A DNA stretch of 64,000 nt from positions 62,001-126,000 of the IMG/VR virus record IMGVR_UViG_3300042465_005589; one strand, written 5' to 3'. A program made the position numbers and the translations under genes. The notes beneath the pieces were generated by a model. The model worked only from the letters and a program-made list of their open reading frames with translations, ran no database searches and was not told the origin of the DNA. This document shows, one piece after another, positions 16,920 through 25,558 of the stretch. Numbering within the stretch: position 1 is the stretch's first letter; every line of letters begins with the position of its first letter.

Positions 16920-17026
16920 CTGACTAATAAGGATTTGAACCTTAATCTCCCTTCCCCTGAGAAGCCCACGTTCCAGGGACTCGAACCCTGTTTTGGAGGA
17001 TGGTGTGCACCATTACACTATAATCA
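16920..17026 (-). ncRNA. tRNA shell 7 with a nested second T-arm
   Basis: Outer AAGGTTCAAATCCTT, inner CAGGGTTCGAGTCCCTG. Confidence 0.55.
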
Positions 17027-17076
17027 ATCGGATGCTTCGAATCATCCATTCCCAAGGTAATTAATCTTGAGTTTTG

Positions 17077-17147
17077 CGGTCTATGACGGTAACGCTCCGT
17101 CTACTCAACAGTGACAGTGTTGGATGATGCTTCTTCACTAATAGACC
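17077..17147 (-). tRNA. tRNA-Asp (GTC)
   Basis: CT-GTC-AC loop, G73, T-loop AGCGTTA. Confidence 0.8.
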
Positions 17148-17216
17148 TTGTTTTTATTCTCAACAAAGATAGGTAGAACAATTTAAACTACCAAATCTTT
17201 TTTTATTTTATTTTTG

Positions 17217-17288
17217 TGGAGGTACACGGTAACGCTCCGTGTTCTGTGATTTGCAAAACCACTGTAATTGCTTTTATACGATACCCCC
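17217..17288 (-). tRNA. tRNA-Cys (GCA), atypical (A73)
   Basis: TT-GCA-AA loop; 5' end overlaps the endonuclease stop codon. Confidence 0.65.
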
Positions 17289-17918
17289 ATTATTTATTTT
17301 CCTTCCCAATCTCCATCCTTCCGGAATTAAATCTCCTTTAAATATTTTTTTATTCTCAATTTCATTTGTTATCCAACAAGTCCCATACTGAGAATTATTT
17401 TCCCCATTACCTTGTCCTTTTCGAGATTCTTTCATTTTCTCAATAGATTCGGGGCTATGTTTTTTCCCTTTAAAATTATCATACTTAATCTTCCCCTCTT
17501 TATGTAGTTTTTTTACTCCTTCTTGTCTTACACGAATCATTTTATCTCGATATTCCGGGTCTTTCCATCTTTCTTTCATAAGAATACTAGACGCTATTTG
17601 ACCCTTTTCCCAATCTTTTTTTGTAAATCCACCTGAACCACCTTCTTTAAGATTCATACATAATTTATCGGAGATTAAAATCTTATCAACAATTTTTAAC
17701 TCTCGAATAACTAACTCTTCTCTTGTTAGTAAAAACTCCAAAATTTCTTTTGTGTGGTTTTCTTTACCGTATTTTCTAATAGAATATCTTAATCGTTTTC
17801 CACTACCCAAATAACCATCTTCTAAATTAGTGGTACTGTGCATTCCGATATAAAATCTATTTGTAACATTACAAGTTGTTTTATAAATGTAATGTATATG
17901 TGGTTTTTTTCTCGCCAT
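17274..17918 (-). CDS. Seg-like GIY-YIG homing endonuclease with NUMOD3-like motif
   Basis: YIYKTT..FYIGMHST..YLGSG; FKGKKHSPESIEKM. Confidence 0.88.
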   Translation of the reverse strand: MARKKPHIHYIYKTTCNVTNRFYIGMHSTTNLEDGYLGSGKRLRYSIRKYGKENHTKEILEFLLTREELVIRELKIVDKILISDKLCMNLKEGGSGGFTKKDWEKGQIASSILMKERWKDPEYRDKMIRVRQEGVKKLHKEGKIKYDNFKGKKHSPESIEKMKESRKGQGNGENNSQYGTCWITNEIENKKIFKGDLIPEGWRLGRKINNGGIV

Positions 17919-17975
17919 TTTGTTCTTTTACTATAAATATCTCAATATATAGTAAAAGTACAAAAATGTTTAAAG

Positions 17976-18047
17976 TACTGCCACGGAGAATCGAACTCCG
18001 ATTTTATGGATGAAAACCATATATCCTGACCGTTAGATGATGGCAGC
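17976..18047 (-). tRNA. tRNA-Glu (TTC)
   Basis: TT-TTC-AT loop. Confidence 0.85.
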
Positions 18048-18152
18048 GAATTTTGGATAGATGAGGTTCTATCCGGACCAGGACTTTCTCCCTTGGGAGA
18101 TGTCATTTTTACATTATCAATATTTCAATTAACTTGTTTCTTTTTGATGGTA

Positions 18153-18183
18153 CAAAGATAATACTTTATTTCATTCTACCAAA
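18153..18183 (-). promoter_or_regulatory. Bacteroidota-type promoter
   Basis: TTTG..TATCTTTG; a second copy at 18312. Confidence 0.75.
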
Positions 18184-18615
18184 TTTTATTCTTCTTTTTT
18201 TTCTTCTTCGATTAAAACATTTTTTAATCCGTAGGTTACTCCTAATATTGGTGAGTAATCCATAACCAACTCTTCTCTTATATCGTCCATATCTTGTTTT
18301 TTAATTCGGTACAAAGATAATCTTTTATTTCATTCCGACAACTATAAACCAAAAAAAAATCCACCTTTTTTGAAGATGGATTTTTGAATATTTTTTTTAC
18401 TTAAATATATATCATACCATCGACTTCCAAGTTGTATCTCTACCCTCAGTTCCCGCTATCGTAAGTAATATGTTTAAAGTTTGCATTTGTTGTGTTATTG
18501 TAATTTCTAATAAATATACGACTTTTTATAAAAGTGTCAAGTCTTTTTTTATTTATTTTTTTAATAACGATGATTTTAAAACTATTTATAGATAATAAAC
18601 GTTAAAAACTTTAAT

Positions 18616-18786
18616 ATGAATAAAGAACAAATTTTTGGTGTTATTCGCCATGTATTCACTGCCGTTGGTGGTATTGTAATTGCTCAAGGTTACATTTCTG
18701 ACGGATTGTACACTGAACTATCGGGTGCGGTATTAACATTAGTTGGTGTAATTTGGTCAATTGTTGCCAAAAAACCAGTAGTGTAA
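18616..18786 (+). CDS. Small putative holin (Pam3-gp28-like)
   Basis: MNKEQIFGVIRHVFTAVGG.., two TM segments, read by hand. Confidence 0.7.
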   Translation: MNKEQIFGVIRHVFTAVGGIVIAQGYISDGLYTELSGAVLTLVGVIWSIVAKKPVV

Positions 18787-18839
18787 TAAACAATAAAAAG
18801 GGTTAGATAATTCTAACCCTTTTTTTATAATTATTATTT

Positions 18840-19184
18840 TTAATAATCCCAAATATCTTTATCTTTATCTCTTTTAAGTAATTTTTTATATTCGAGAACT
18901 TTTTTTGGATTTATAAATCTAATTCCGTTATATAGGAATGAATGATTATCAATTAAATCATCAATATCATATTTGGGCCAATTATCGAAGAACTCAATAT
19001 CTTTGGTTCTATATTCTCCTTTATCATTGAATCCCCATTTTGATGGTCGTATAATAACATCTAAATCGTTAACATCATCAACCATACCGGTTATCACTAA
19101 TGGTGCCGAACCAAAAACAGCATAATCCTCAGAGTTTAAATTATAATCCTTGAGTTTATCCATTAAAAATTTAAAGTTTTTCAT
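18840..19184 (-). CDS. Minimal nucleotidyltransferase (Pol-beta superfamily)
   Basis: VFGSAPL..G..DLDV. Confidence 0.7.
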   Translation of the reverse strand: MKNFKFLMDKLKDYNLNSEDYAVFGSAPLVITGMVDDVNDLDVIIRPSKWGFNDKGEYRTKDIEFFDNWPKYDIDDLIDNHSFLYNGIRFINPKKVLEYKKLLKRDKDKDIWDY

Positions 19185-19202
19185 ATTGATAAATATATAA
19201 AA

Positions 19203-19400
19203 AAAAGTTTAACAACCCCGCCCTTGGGTCGTAGCGGGCAACAATGGGAAATCCGGAATTCGTCGTGTTCGTCACCGGCGTACTAGTCCTTATCTATCCT
19301 TTACCATATTTCTATGGTGCTACTATTGGGAGGTCACCCCTATCAACACGTCTAGTCCATTAATTTTTTAGAGTATGGACACCCCGGTTGTTAAACTTTT
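19203..19400 (-). ncRNA. Orphan structured RNA, 198 nt
   Basis: Perfect 15-bp closing stem, multibranched interior. Confidence 0.6.
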
Positions 19401-19405
19401 TAATT

Positions 19406-19481
19406 TGGGATATTGATAGGATTCGAACCTATATCCTCCCGGCCTTACGCCGGTCGCACGTCCAATTGTGCTTCAAAATCC
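19406..19481 (-). ncRNA. Degenerate tRNA-like gene with 5-nt anticodon loop
   Basis: Intact T- and D-arm; CCGGC-GTAAG-GCCGG. Confidence 0.55.
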
Positions 19482-19552
19482 ATATTTCTTCGGGAGAGAC
19501 CCTCTAGGGATAACCATAACGGAATTACCCTTGACTCACTCTCCGTCTTCTG

Positions 19553-19623
19553 CGCAGACCGTAGGAATCGAACCTACCCATCGAGGTTTTGGAGACCTGA
19601 CCGACGCCTTGTCTGTGACCTGC
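19553..19623 (-). tRNA. tRNA-Trp (CCA)
   Basis: CT-CCA-AA loop, G73. Confidence 0.8.
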
Positions 19624-19627
19624 ATTT

Positions 19628-19787
19628 AATAACATAATTCTTCTTGGTTCCCCGCCGGGTAACCCCCCTACTTTTTCACACAACCCGGATGCCTCCGAAT
19701 CTAATTTTCTATTTTACTCCCTAGTAAGAAACGCGTCTTCCATTCGGTTGTTCAAGCCCATTTTCGTGGTTAAACAATTATGTTATT
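19628..19787 (-). ncRNA. Orphan structured RNA, 160 nt
   Basis: 12-bp closing stem AATAACATAATT/AATTATGTTATT filling the gap between two tRNAs. Confidence 0.5.
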
Positions 19788-19789
19788 TG

Positions 19790-19859
19790 AGGTCTCGGTG
19801 GGAATCGAACCCACTCTGTTAGTTTTGCAGACTAACCGGTCGCCACGACCATCAAGACC
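19790..19859 (-). tRNA. tRNA-Cys (GCA)
   Basis: CT-GCA-AA loop, U73. Confidence 0.8.
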
Positions 19860-19934
19860 AATTAACCTACGACCTAAAGAACAGGAATTGTGTCCATATC
19901 ATTCTATGAGTACCGTAGGTTTTCTATTTTAAAA

Positions 19935-20042
19935 TTATCACTACGGGATTCGAACCCGTATTCAGTAACAAATTAAGAGATTCTATCTCAGTTACTATGC
20001 TAACCCAAGGTGGTATTCATTCCCACTTACACCAAGTGATAA
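19935..20042 (-). ncRNA. tRNA shell 8 (hairpin inserts in D-loop and anticodon loop)
   Basis: T-arm ACGGGTTCGAATCCCGT; extended arms. Confidence 0.55.
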
Positions 20043-20045
20043 TCT

Positions 20046-20888
20046 TTAATTTTCTGTTTCTAATCTTTTAATAACATCTTTAATATTGATATATGATGTT
20101 AAAATTGTTGGTAACCCAAGAAGAGCATTACAAAAGTCGAACATATATCTATAAGTTGAAAATACACTTCCCACACTCACCTTATTATACATTACATAGT
20201 AAGTTAACAATGCGGTTACACTTCCATAAACAATTCCTTGAATCCAAATTGAGAACTTAGCATCAATACTTGACATTTTAAGAGATAAGGACTGACCTCT
20301 TTTTAACAAATTGTTAATTGCTGAGATTTTTCTCGTACCAATCACATCAGTTTGTTCTTCAGACAAATCATTATATTGACTCGTAATATCTGCTATCTTT
20401 GGTGAATAATATGCTGTCGCTCCCAAGATTAAAATTGTTGTGATAATCAAGAACCCAACAATCGGTAAACTTACCATTGACAAGAAGTAGATAGCACCAA
20501 CCAAACCAATGATTGTTTGTATTACTAACAACATATCTCTCTCAAAAAACTGAACGATGTAGTGCATTAAGGTTAATCTTCCATTGATTTTGGTAGTCTC
20601 AACATCACTATCAAGTTGTTTACAAGTTTCAATAGAAGCAAATCTTCTATAAATTCCGGAGAACACTTTAGTGTCGTAAATTCTACTAATATATCCAAAG
20701 AACATAATCGCAGCAAACGTAGAAACCAAATACCATATGTATGAATAATCTTTAACTATCAAATGGTCAATCGCATTACCCAAAACTTTTGGATACATAA
20801 CCATTAATATCGCATTAATCATAAACAATGAATACGAAAACATTATTGATTTCCAATTCTCCCTAAACATTATTTTTAACTTATTCAT
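20046..20888 (-). CDS. ABC-transporter six-TM domain protein without ATPase domain
   Basis: Six TM segments; LGNAID..RIYDTKVF. Confidence 0.7.
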   Translation of the reverse strand: MNKLKIMFRENWKSIMFSYSLFMINAILMVMYPKVLGNAIDHLIVKDYSYIWYLVSTFAAIMFFGYISRIYDTKVFSGIYRRFASIETCKQLDSDVETTKINGRLTLMHYIVQFFERDMLLVIQTIIGLVGAIYFLSMVSLPIVGFLIITTILILGATAYYSPKIADITSQYNDLSEEQTDVIGTRKISAINNLLKRGQSLSLKMSSIDAKFSIWIQGIVYGSVTALLTYYVMYNKVSVGSVFSTYRYMFDFCNALLGLPTILTSYINIKDVIKRLETEN

Positions 20889-20928
20889 ATCTCCTCTTTT
20901 TTAATTTTGACAAAGATACAATTAAATT

Positions 20929-21720
20929 TTAAAATAATTTGGTTTGAACTGAAAAAACTTTTTCTAATCTTTTTTCAGACATTTTAACATATTCATCGTG
21001 TATTTCATAACCAAGACCTTTTCTCCCCAATTTCTTACACGAAACTAATGTTGTTCCTGAACCTAAAAATGGGTCTAACACTAAATCACCATAAAAAGAA
21101 TAATATTTTACAATATTGTCTGATAATTTTTCAGGATATGGTGCCAAATGTTTTGATTTAGTCTCCGGATTAATTAACCAAACATTACTTCGTTCATATT
21201 CTTCATTAACCAATGATTTCTCCAAAGTTTCTTTATCATACGACCTAACAATCTTATCTATTAAAAAGTTAGCCGGTTTTTGAAATACTAATATTGTTTC
21301 CGATACTAAATTTGGTTTATACGCCACAGGTTTTCTATGTTGGAAGAACCCGCCATTTCTATTAATTGCAGCACCTTCAGGTTTAACCCAAACAATATCA
21401 TCAATATATTTCCAACCCATTTTTTCCATTATTGCGAAAAAGTGGAATGGGATTGCCAAACGTTTACTTTCGTGAGACCTTGATTCTCGAGCCACAATAA
21501 CCGGAGATAAATTTACCACACACATACGACCATCCTTAGTTATTCTGAAAATTTCTAAAAAAACATTTTTTAAAAATTCCAAGTAATCTTCATATGTTGG
21601 CCATTCACTATATGACTTAGCATTATAATAGGGTGGAGAAGTCCAAGTTAAATCAACACAAGGTTCTTCAATTTTTTTTAATCCAGATAAACAATCTTCA
21701 TTTATTATTTTTAATTCCAT
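20929..21720 (-). CDS. DNA methyltransferase (N4-C/N6-A, beta class)
   Basis: TSPPY, HLAPYP, VLDPFLGSGTT. Confidence 0.93.
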   Translation of the reverse strand: MELKIINEDCLSGLKKIEEPCVDLTWTSPPYYNAKSYSEWPTYEDYLEFLKNVFLEIFRITKDGRMCVVNLSPVIVARESRSHESKRLAIPFHFFAIMEKMGWKYIDDIVWVKPEGAAINRNGGFFQHRKPVAYKPNLVSETILVFQKPANFLIDKIVRSYDKETLEKSLVNEEYERSNVWLINPETKSKHLAPYPEKLSDNIVKYYSFYGDLVLDPFLGSGTTLVSCKKLGRKGLGYEIHDEYVKMSEKRLEKVFSVQTKLF

Positions 21721-22148
21721 TATAGGTTAAAATTTCTTGCGGAATCTTTTTTATTAGAACAATCACCGCTGTCGATGCTCTTTCTATTATGACATAATTT
21801 ACAAAATGTTTTAACATTTTCAGTATCATTATTATTGTGGTCACCATCTAAATGGTCTAAATCTAAACAACCAATTTCAAATCCAACCCAATCTTCAATG
21901 GTTGGGACCGGACATTTAAATCCTAATTGACCATCAATATTTTCACAATATTTTTTCTTATGAATGACAATACCTTCTCTAATTACCCCTTTTTTTCTAT
22001 CTGTTTGACATCTTGAACATTCAGTCTTAAAAGACCAATTTGTCCAACTTCTAACCGCAACATCATTATCGCACCCAATGTTTACACACTTAGGTAAAAT
22101 AAGACCCCTTTCATAATATTTAGTTTTTTGTACGTTTGAAATACTCAT
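21720..22148 (-). CDS. HNH-family protein
   Basis: LDLDHLDGDHNNN..CKLCH. Confidence 0.7.
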   Translation of the reverse strand: MSISNVQKTKYYERGLILPKCVNIGCDNDVAVRSWTNWSFKTECSRCQTDRKKGVIREGIVIHKKKYCENIDGQLGFKCPVPTIEDWVGFEIGCLDLDHLDGDHNNNDTENVKTFCKLCHNRKSIDSGDCSNKKDSARNFNL

Positions 22149-22181
22149 ATTTTTTAGTTTATATAATAATACGAGTTTTTT

Positions 22182-22691
22182 TTAGAAAAACAAATATGGT
22201 TCCCATTCTTTTGGAATTTCGTGGTGAACCTGTTTCATCAACATCAAATAGTGTGGTCGTCTTGGTTGTGGAATTTCTTTACCATACTCTTCCAATGTTA
22301 AATTGGACTTCTCACCGTTACATCTTCTACAAGCGGTAACCAAGTTGTCCCAACTGTCTTTACCACCCTTAGATTGGGGCACTACGTGGTCTAATGTTAA
22401 CGACTTTCTATTATTGTCCCCACAATACACACACTCAAAATTATCTCTACGATAAACATTCTCTCTACTTAAAGGAACTTTTTGAATTATCTGATTCACA
22501 TATTTGTAGACCCGGATAATTGATGGTTTTTTGATATCCAATTCAGGATTCACTAATTTGAATGATTCCGGATGTTCATTTATAACGTCAGCATTACCCT
22601 TATAAGAAATGACGAAAGCCCTCTCTGTGGAAATAATACTCCTCGCCATAAAACTTGAATCCAAAACCAAAGTTTTTTGGTAACTACTCAC
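22182..22691 (-). CDS. HNH endonuclease (McrA-like)
   Basis: RDNFECVYCG..TLDHVVPQSKGG..WDNLVTACRRCN. Confidence 0.9.
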   Translation of the reverse strand: MSSYQKTLVLDSSFMARSIISTERAFVISYKGNADVINEHPESFKLVNPELDIKKPSIIRVYKYVNQIIQKVPLSRENVYRRDNFECVYCGDNNRKSLTLDHVVPQSKGGKDSWDNLVTACRRCNGEKSNLTLEEYGKEIPQPRRPHYLMLMKQVHHEIPKEWEPYLFF

Positions 22692-22722
22692 GACTATTAA
22701 TTTTTAATTAAACATTTTTTTG

Positions 22723-22793
22723 TACCCCCAGGTGGTATCGAACCAACTTCCCGATATTAAAAGTATCGTGCTTCACCTTAAAGCTTTGGGGGT
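22723..22793 (-). tRNA. tRNA-Lys (TTT)
   Basis: CT-TTT-AA loop. Confidence 0.85.
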
Positions 22794-22875
22794 GATTGGG
22801 CTCATTTTACTCTATCATTTGGCTCAAAATATAAGTAATTTGAGCTTAATAATCAAAATCAGTGAGCCACATTTG

Positions 22876-22949
22876 TAGGTGGTATGAGACTCGAACTCAT
22901 AACCTCTTCGGTATCAGCGAAGGACTCCAACCAATTGAGCTAACCACCT
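22876..22949 (-). tRNA. tRNA-Ile (GAT)
   Basis: CT-GAT-AC loop. Confidence 0.85.
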
Positions 22950-22955
22950 AAATTG

Positions 22956-23032
22956 TCGGGATAGCAGGATTCGAACCTGCGAGTTCTCCTGCTCCCAAAG
23001 CAGGCGGGGTAACCGGACTCCCCAATATCCCG
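22956..23032 (-). tRNA. tRNA-Pro (TGG)
   Basis: TT-TGG-GA loop. Confidence 0.88.
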
Positions 23033-23097
23033 AATTTTCTAATTCTACGCTTCCCCCATACTGTTAGGGTTCTATAAATTAGTAACAATCTCCCTCG

Positions 23098-23171
23098 TCT
23101 AAATGACTGGACTCGAACCAGCGGTCTGTACATTCCAAGTGTACCGGATTAACCAACTTTCCCACATCTAG
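23098..23171 (-). tRNA. tRNA-Pro (TGG), second copy
   Basis: CT-TGG-AA loop. Confidence 0.8.
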
Positions 23172-23175
23172 AATT

Positions 23176-23288
23176 TAATTAGTTGAGTTTATAACATCTT
23201 TATCCTACTAAGGCAAGGACTCCATTTGGGGTTCCGTTGATTGATGTCTCTTTATACCCCTTGACGGAACAAACGGGGGAACTAATTA
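23176..23288 (-). ncRNA. Orphan structured RNA, ~110 nt
   Basis: 9-bp closing stem TAATTAGTT/AACTAATTA. Confidence 0.4.
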
Positions 23289-23290
23289 TT

Positions 23291-23485
23291 TTATAATGAT
23301 TTAATTAACTCATCATACTTACCTGAGTGATAATCCTCTACCATTTGTTGAATTCTTAAATCTCTTGATTCAACACCTTTTCTTAGTTTTTCAAGTTGTT
23401 CGGGTGTTGGATTGTTATTTACCGTGTAATTGACTCCTATCGCATCTAATTTATCGGTAATTTCTTTTATTTCAATTTTTTTCAT
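23291..23485 (-). CDS. Hypothetical protein
   Basis: 64-aa ORF. Confidence 0.65.
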   Translation of the reverse strand: MKKIEIKEITDKLDAIGVNYTVNNNPTPEQLEKLRKGVESRDLRIQQMVEDYHSGKYDELIKSL

Positions 23486-23602
23486 AATATCTATTTTACC
23501 TCTAAATAAAGAGTAACTTTAATTCCTTTTTTAGTTATGAAAAACCCTGCTTCATACCAAAATTTTTCTTTCTCTTTTTCTTCCATAATCTTTAATTTTC
23601 TG

Positions 23603-23688
23603 CGGAGAGCAGAATACTCGAAATCCATCCCTTTTACAGAACCACTCGCTTAGCAGGCGGTGACAATACCCTGATTGTTTTACTCTCC
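23603..23688 (-). tRNA. tRNA-Ser (GCT)
   Basis: CT-GCT-AA loop, long variable arm, G73. Confidence 0.8.
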
Positions 23689-23780
23689 AATTCGTAGGAC
23701 ATCGCTTAACCTACAGTGAATAGCTCTTTCACTTTTGACGTTGCCATATTTACATATGTTGGCATCTAACGATTTTTTTG

Positions 23781-23853
23781 TGTCCCCAAGAGGATTCGAA
23801 CCCCTATCGTATCTGCCGTAAAGATAAGTCCTATCCAATTGAACGATGGAGAC
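23781..23853 (-). tRNA. tRNA-Arg (ACG)
   Basis: TT-ACG-GC loop. Confidence 0.85.
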
Positions 23854-24063
23854 AATTTGAGGTTGAGAACTCCTCTGTGTTGTGTAGGATGATATAACCT
23901 ACCTCGTATTTCATATTCCCCTCTCACCGGGAACAACACATTTACCATTACTGATAGTATCTTTATGTAAATTAAAGTATTAGTACTATAGACATATTAT
24001 ATTTAATTGACCGTTTCACCAATTTGCACAAGGGTGACTTTAATTTACAAAGATACTCAATTT

Positions 24064-24252
24064 TTACTTCCACTGAGTCATTCGGTTATACTTCCAAGTT
24101 TTATGTTCTCTGTATTTGTGAGAGAACTGACCTTTTCTGTAATAAACACCCTCATCCCAATAAGATGGGTATTCAAACTTTAACCAAATCAATCTGTAAT
24201 CTTTTGAACAAGTCGCCTTGTTCAGTTTCATTCTGTTTGTGTTTACACTCAT
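24064..24252 (-). CDS. Small basic hypothetical protein
   Basis: 62-aa ORF. Confidence 0.6.
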   Translation of the reverse strand: MSVNTNRMKLNKATCSKDYRLIWLKFEYPSYWDEGVYYRKGQFSHKYREHKTWKYNRMTQWK

Positions 24253-24302
24253 AATCTTGAGTCTGTTGTTTAGCAGACCTCAAAGATTATCCAATACCTT
24301 TT

Positions 24303-24560
24303 TCATAACCGTAATTTATAAACTCGTTTATATTCGTCCAACGCCGACTTTAGATTCTCAATACATTCTCGGTAATTAACATCATCACCAAGATTAAATC
24401 TCTCATTTTCTTGTTCCCTCTTGAACAACACTTTTAACGAATTATCAATGTTGGATAAAATGTCCAAGTAAACCATCTCTTTGTCTTTGGATTTCTTTAA
24501 ATCAAATTTTAAATCTACAATTAGACCCTCTAATTCTTCAATTTTTTCATTCTCATCCAT
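24303..24560 (-). CDS. Hypothetical coiled-coil protein
   Basis: 85-aa ORF. Confidence 0.7.
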   Translation of the reverse strand: MDENEKIEELEGLIVDLKFDLKKSKDKEMVYLDILSNIDNSLKVLFKREQENERFNLGDDVNYRECIENLKSALDEYKRVYKLRL

Positions 24561-24574
24561 AACACATAATTTAG

Positions 24575-24647
24575 GGTGACTAAGGAGAATCGAACTCCCA
24601 TTTACAGAACCACAATCTATCGTGTTAACCGTTACACTATAGCCACC
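24575..24647 (-). tRNA. tRNA-His (GTG)
   Basis: TT-GTG-GT loop, G-1/C73. Confidence 0.88.
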
Positions 24648-24653
24648 ATATTT

Positions 24654-24759
24654 AAACCTATCAATGTGGGTTTGAGATGTACCCTTTTCAATCCGCTTTC
24701 ACACCCATCACCCCTTCTTAAGTAGGAGCTGTCAGTATCGGATACCACATTTAAGGTTT
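24654..24759 (-). ncRNA. Orphan structured RNA, ~105 nt
   Basis: Interrupted closing stem AAACCT/AGGTTT plus AATGTGG/CCACATT. Confidence 0.4.
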
Positions 24760-24761
24760 TG

Positions 24762-24833
24762 TACTCTTGGAAGGAATTGAACCTTCTTTTCATTCTTATC
24801 AGGAATGTGTGCTAACCATTCTACTACAAGAGC
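24762..24833 (-). tRNA. tRNA-Ile (GAT), second copy
   Basis: CT-GAT-AA loop. Confidence 0.8.
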
Positions 24834-24910
24834 AATTTTACCCCACTTCACCGGCTTAACGGACCGGCTGCCATATGGGAGTGGGGGTTTCCTGTTGTAT
24901 CAGGACTCCG

Positions 24911-24982
24911 CGGACTTGGGGAATCACGATATCCCGACCCTTCGCTTAACAGGCGAACGCTCTTCCTCTGAGCTACAAGTCC
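24911..24982 (-). tRNA. tRNA-Asn (GTT), atypical T-loop
   Basis: CT-GTT-AA loop, G73. Confidence 0.75.
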
Positions 24983-25131
24983 AATTTTGACTACTACCTG
25001 ACTCCTTTCGAACTTTGCAGGCTCGTATCATTCAATAATAGTAGTCCAAGGCGTTACGCACCCATCTGATAACTTTACTTCTCTTGAGTCCGGATAAGCG
25101 CTTACCAACTCGGGGGTTGTTTCCTTGTTTG

Positions 25132-25204
25132 TGGGGACTACCGGTTACGCTCCGGTCTCCTTGATTCTTCAGACCAATGCTTTCACTAGATTAGCTTAAT
25201 CCCC
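25132..25204 (-). tRNA. tRNA-Phe (GAA)
   Basis: CT-GAA-GA loop; T-loop AGCGTAA. Confidence 0.78.
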
Positions 25205-25361
25205 AATTATAATAATGATGGAGTACCCGTCTCGCTCCATTCTTAAGTGCTTAATCGTAGTTTTACGAGGCCCTCGGCACATTCCCTTTTCAGGGGGGTG
25301 ATGATTTCTTGAACCCATATTGAATTGTCGACATCCAATATAGAGAAACCCATTATCATAG

Positions 25362-25442
25362 TGGGCAGTAGTGGACTCGAACCACTCCAGTTAAGACTTG
25401 ATTTACAGTCAAGTTGCCGTATCCGAACGACTTTTACTACCC
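25362..25442 (-). tRNA. tRNA-Tyr (GTA)
   Basis: CT-GTA-AA loop, variable arm. Confidence 0.85.
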
Positions 25443-25487
25443 AATTACACTTCCTTTCCTATGTGGTATAGTGTGAACCAATATTAG

Positions 25488-25558
25488 TACCTCGTGGTGG
25501 AATCGAACCACCGCCATTTGTATGTAAAACAAATACGCTCCCATTACGCCAACGAGGC
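25488..25558 (-). tRNA. tRNA-Val (TAC)
   Basis: TT-TAC-AT loop. Confidence 0.82.

Noticed and set aside
19203-19400. 6S RNA
   Set aside because: Right size, but the interior folds as several hairpins rather than a rod with a central bubble
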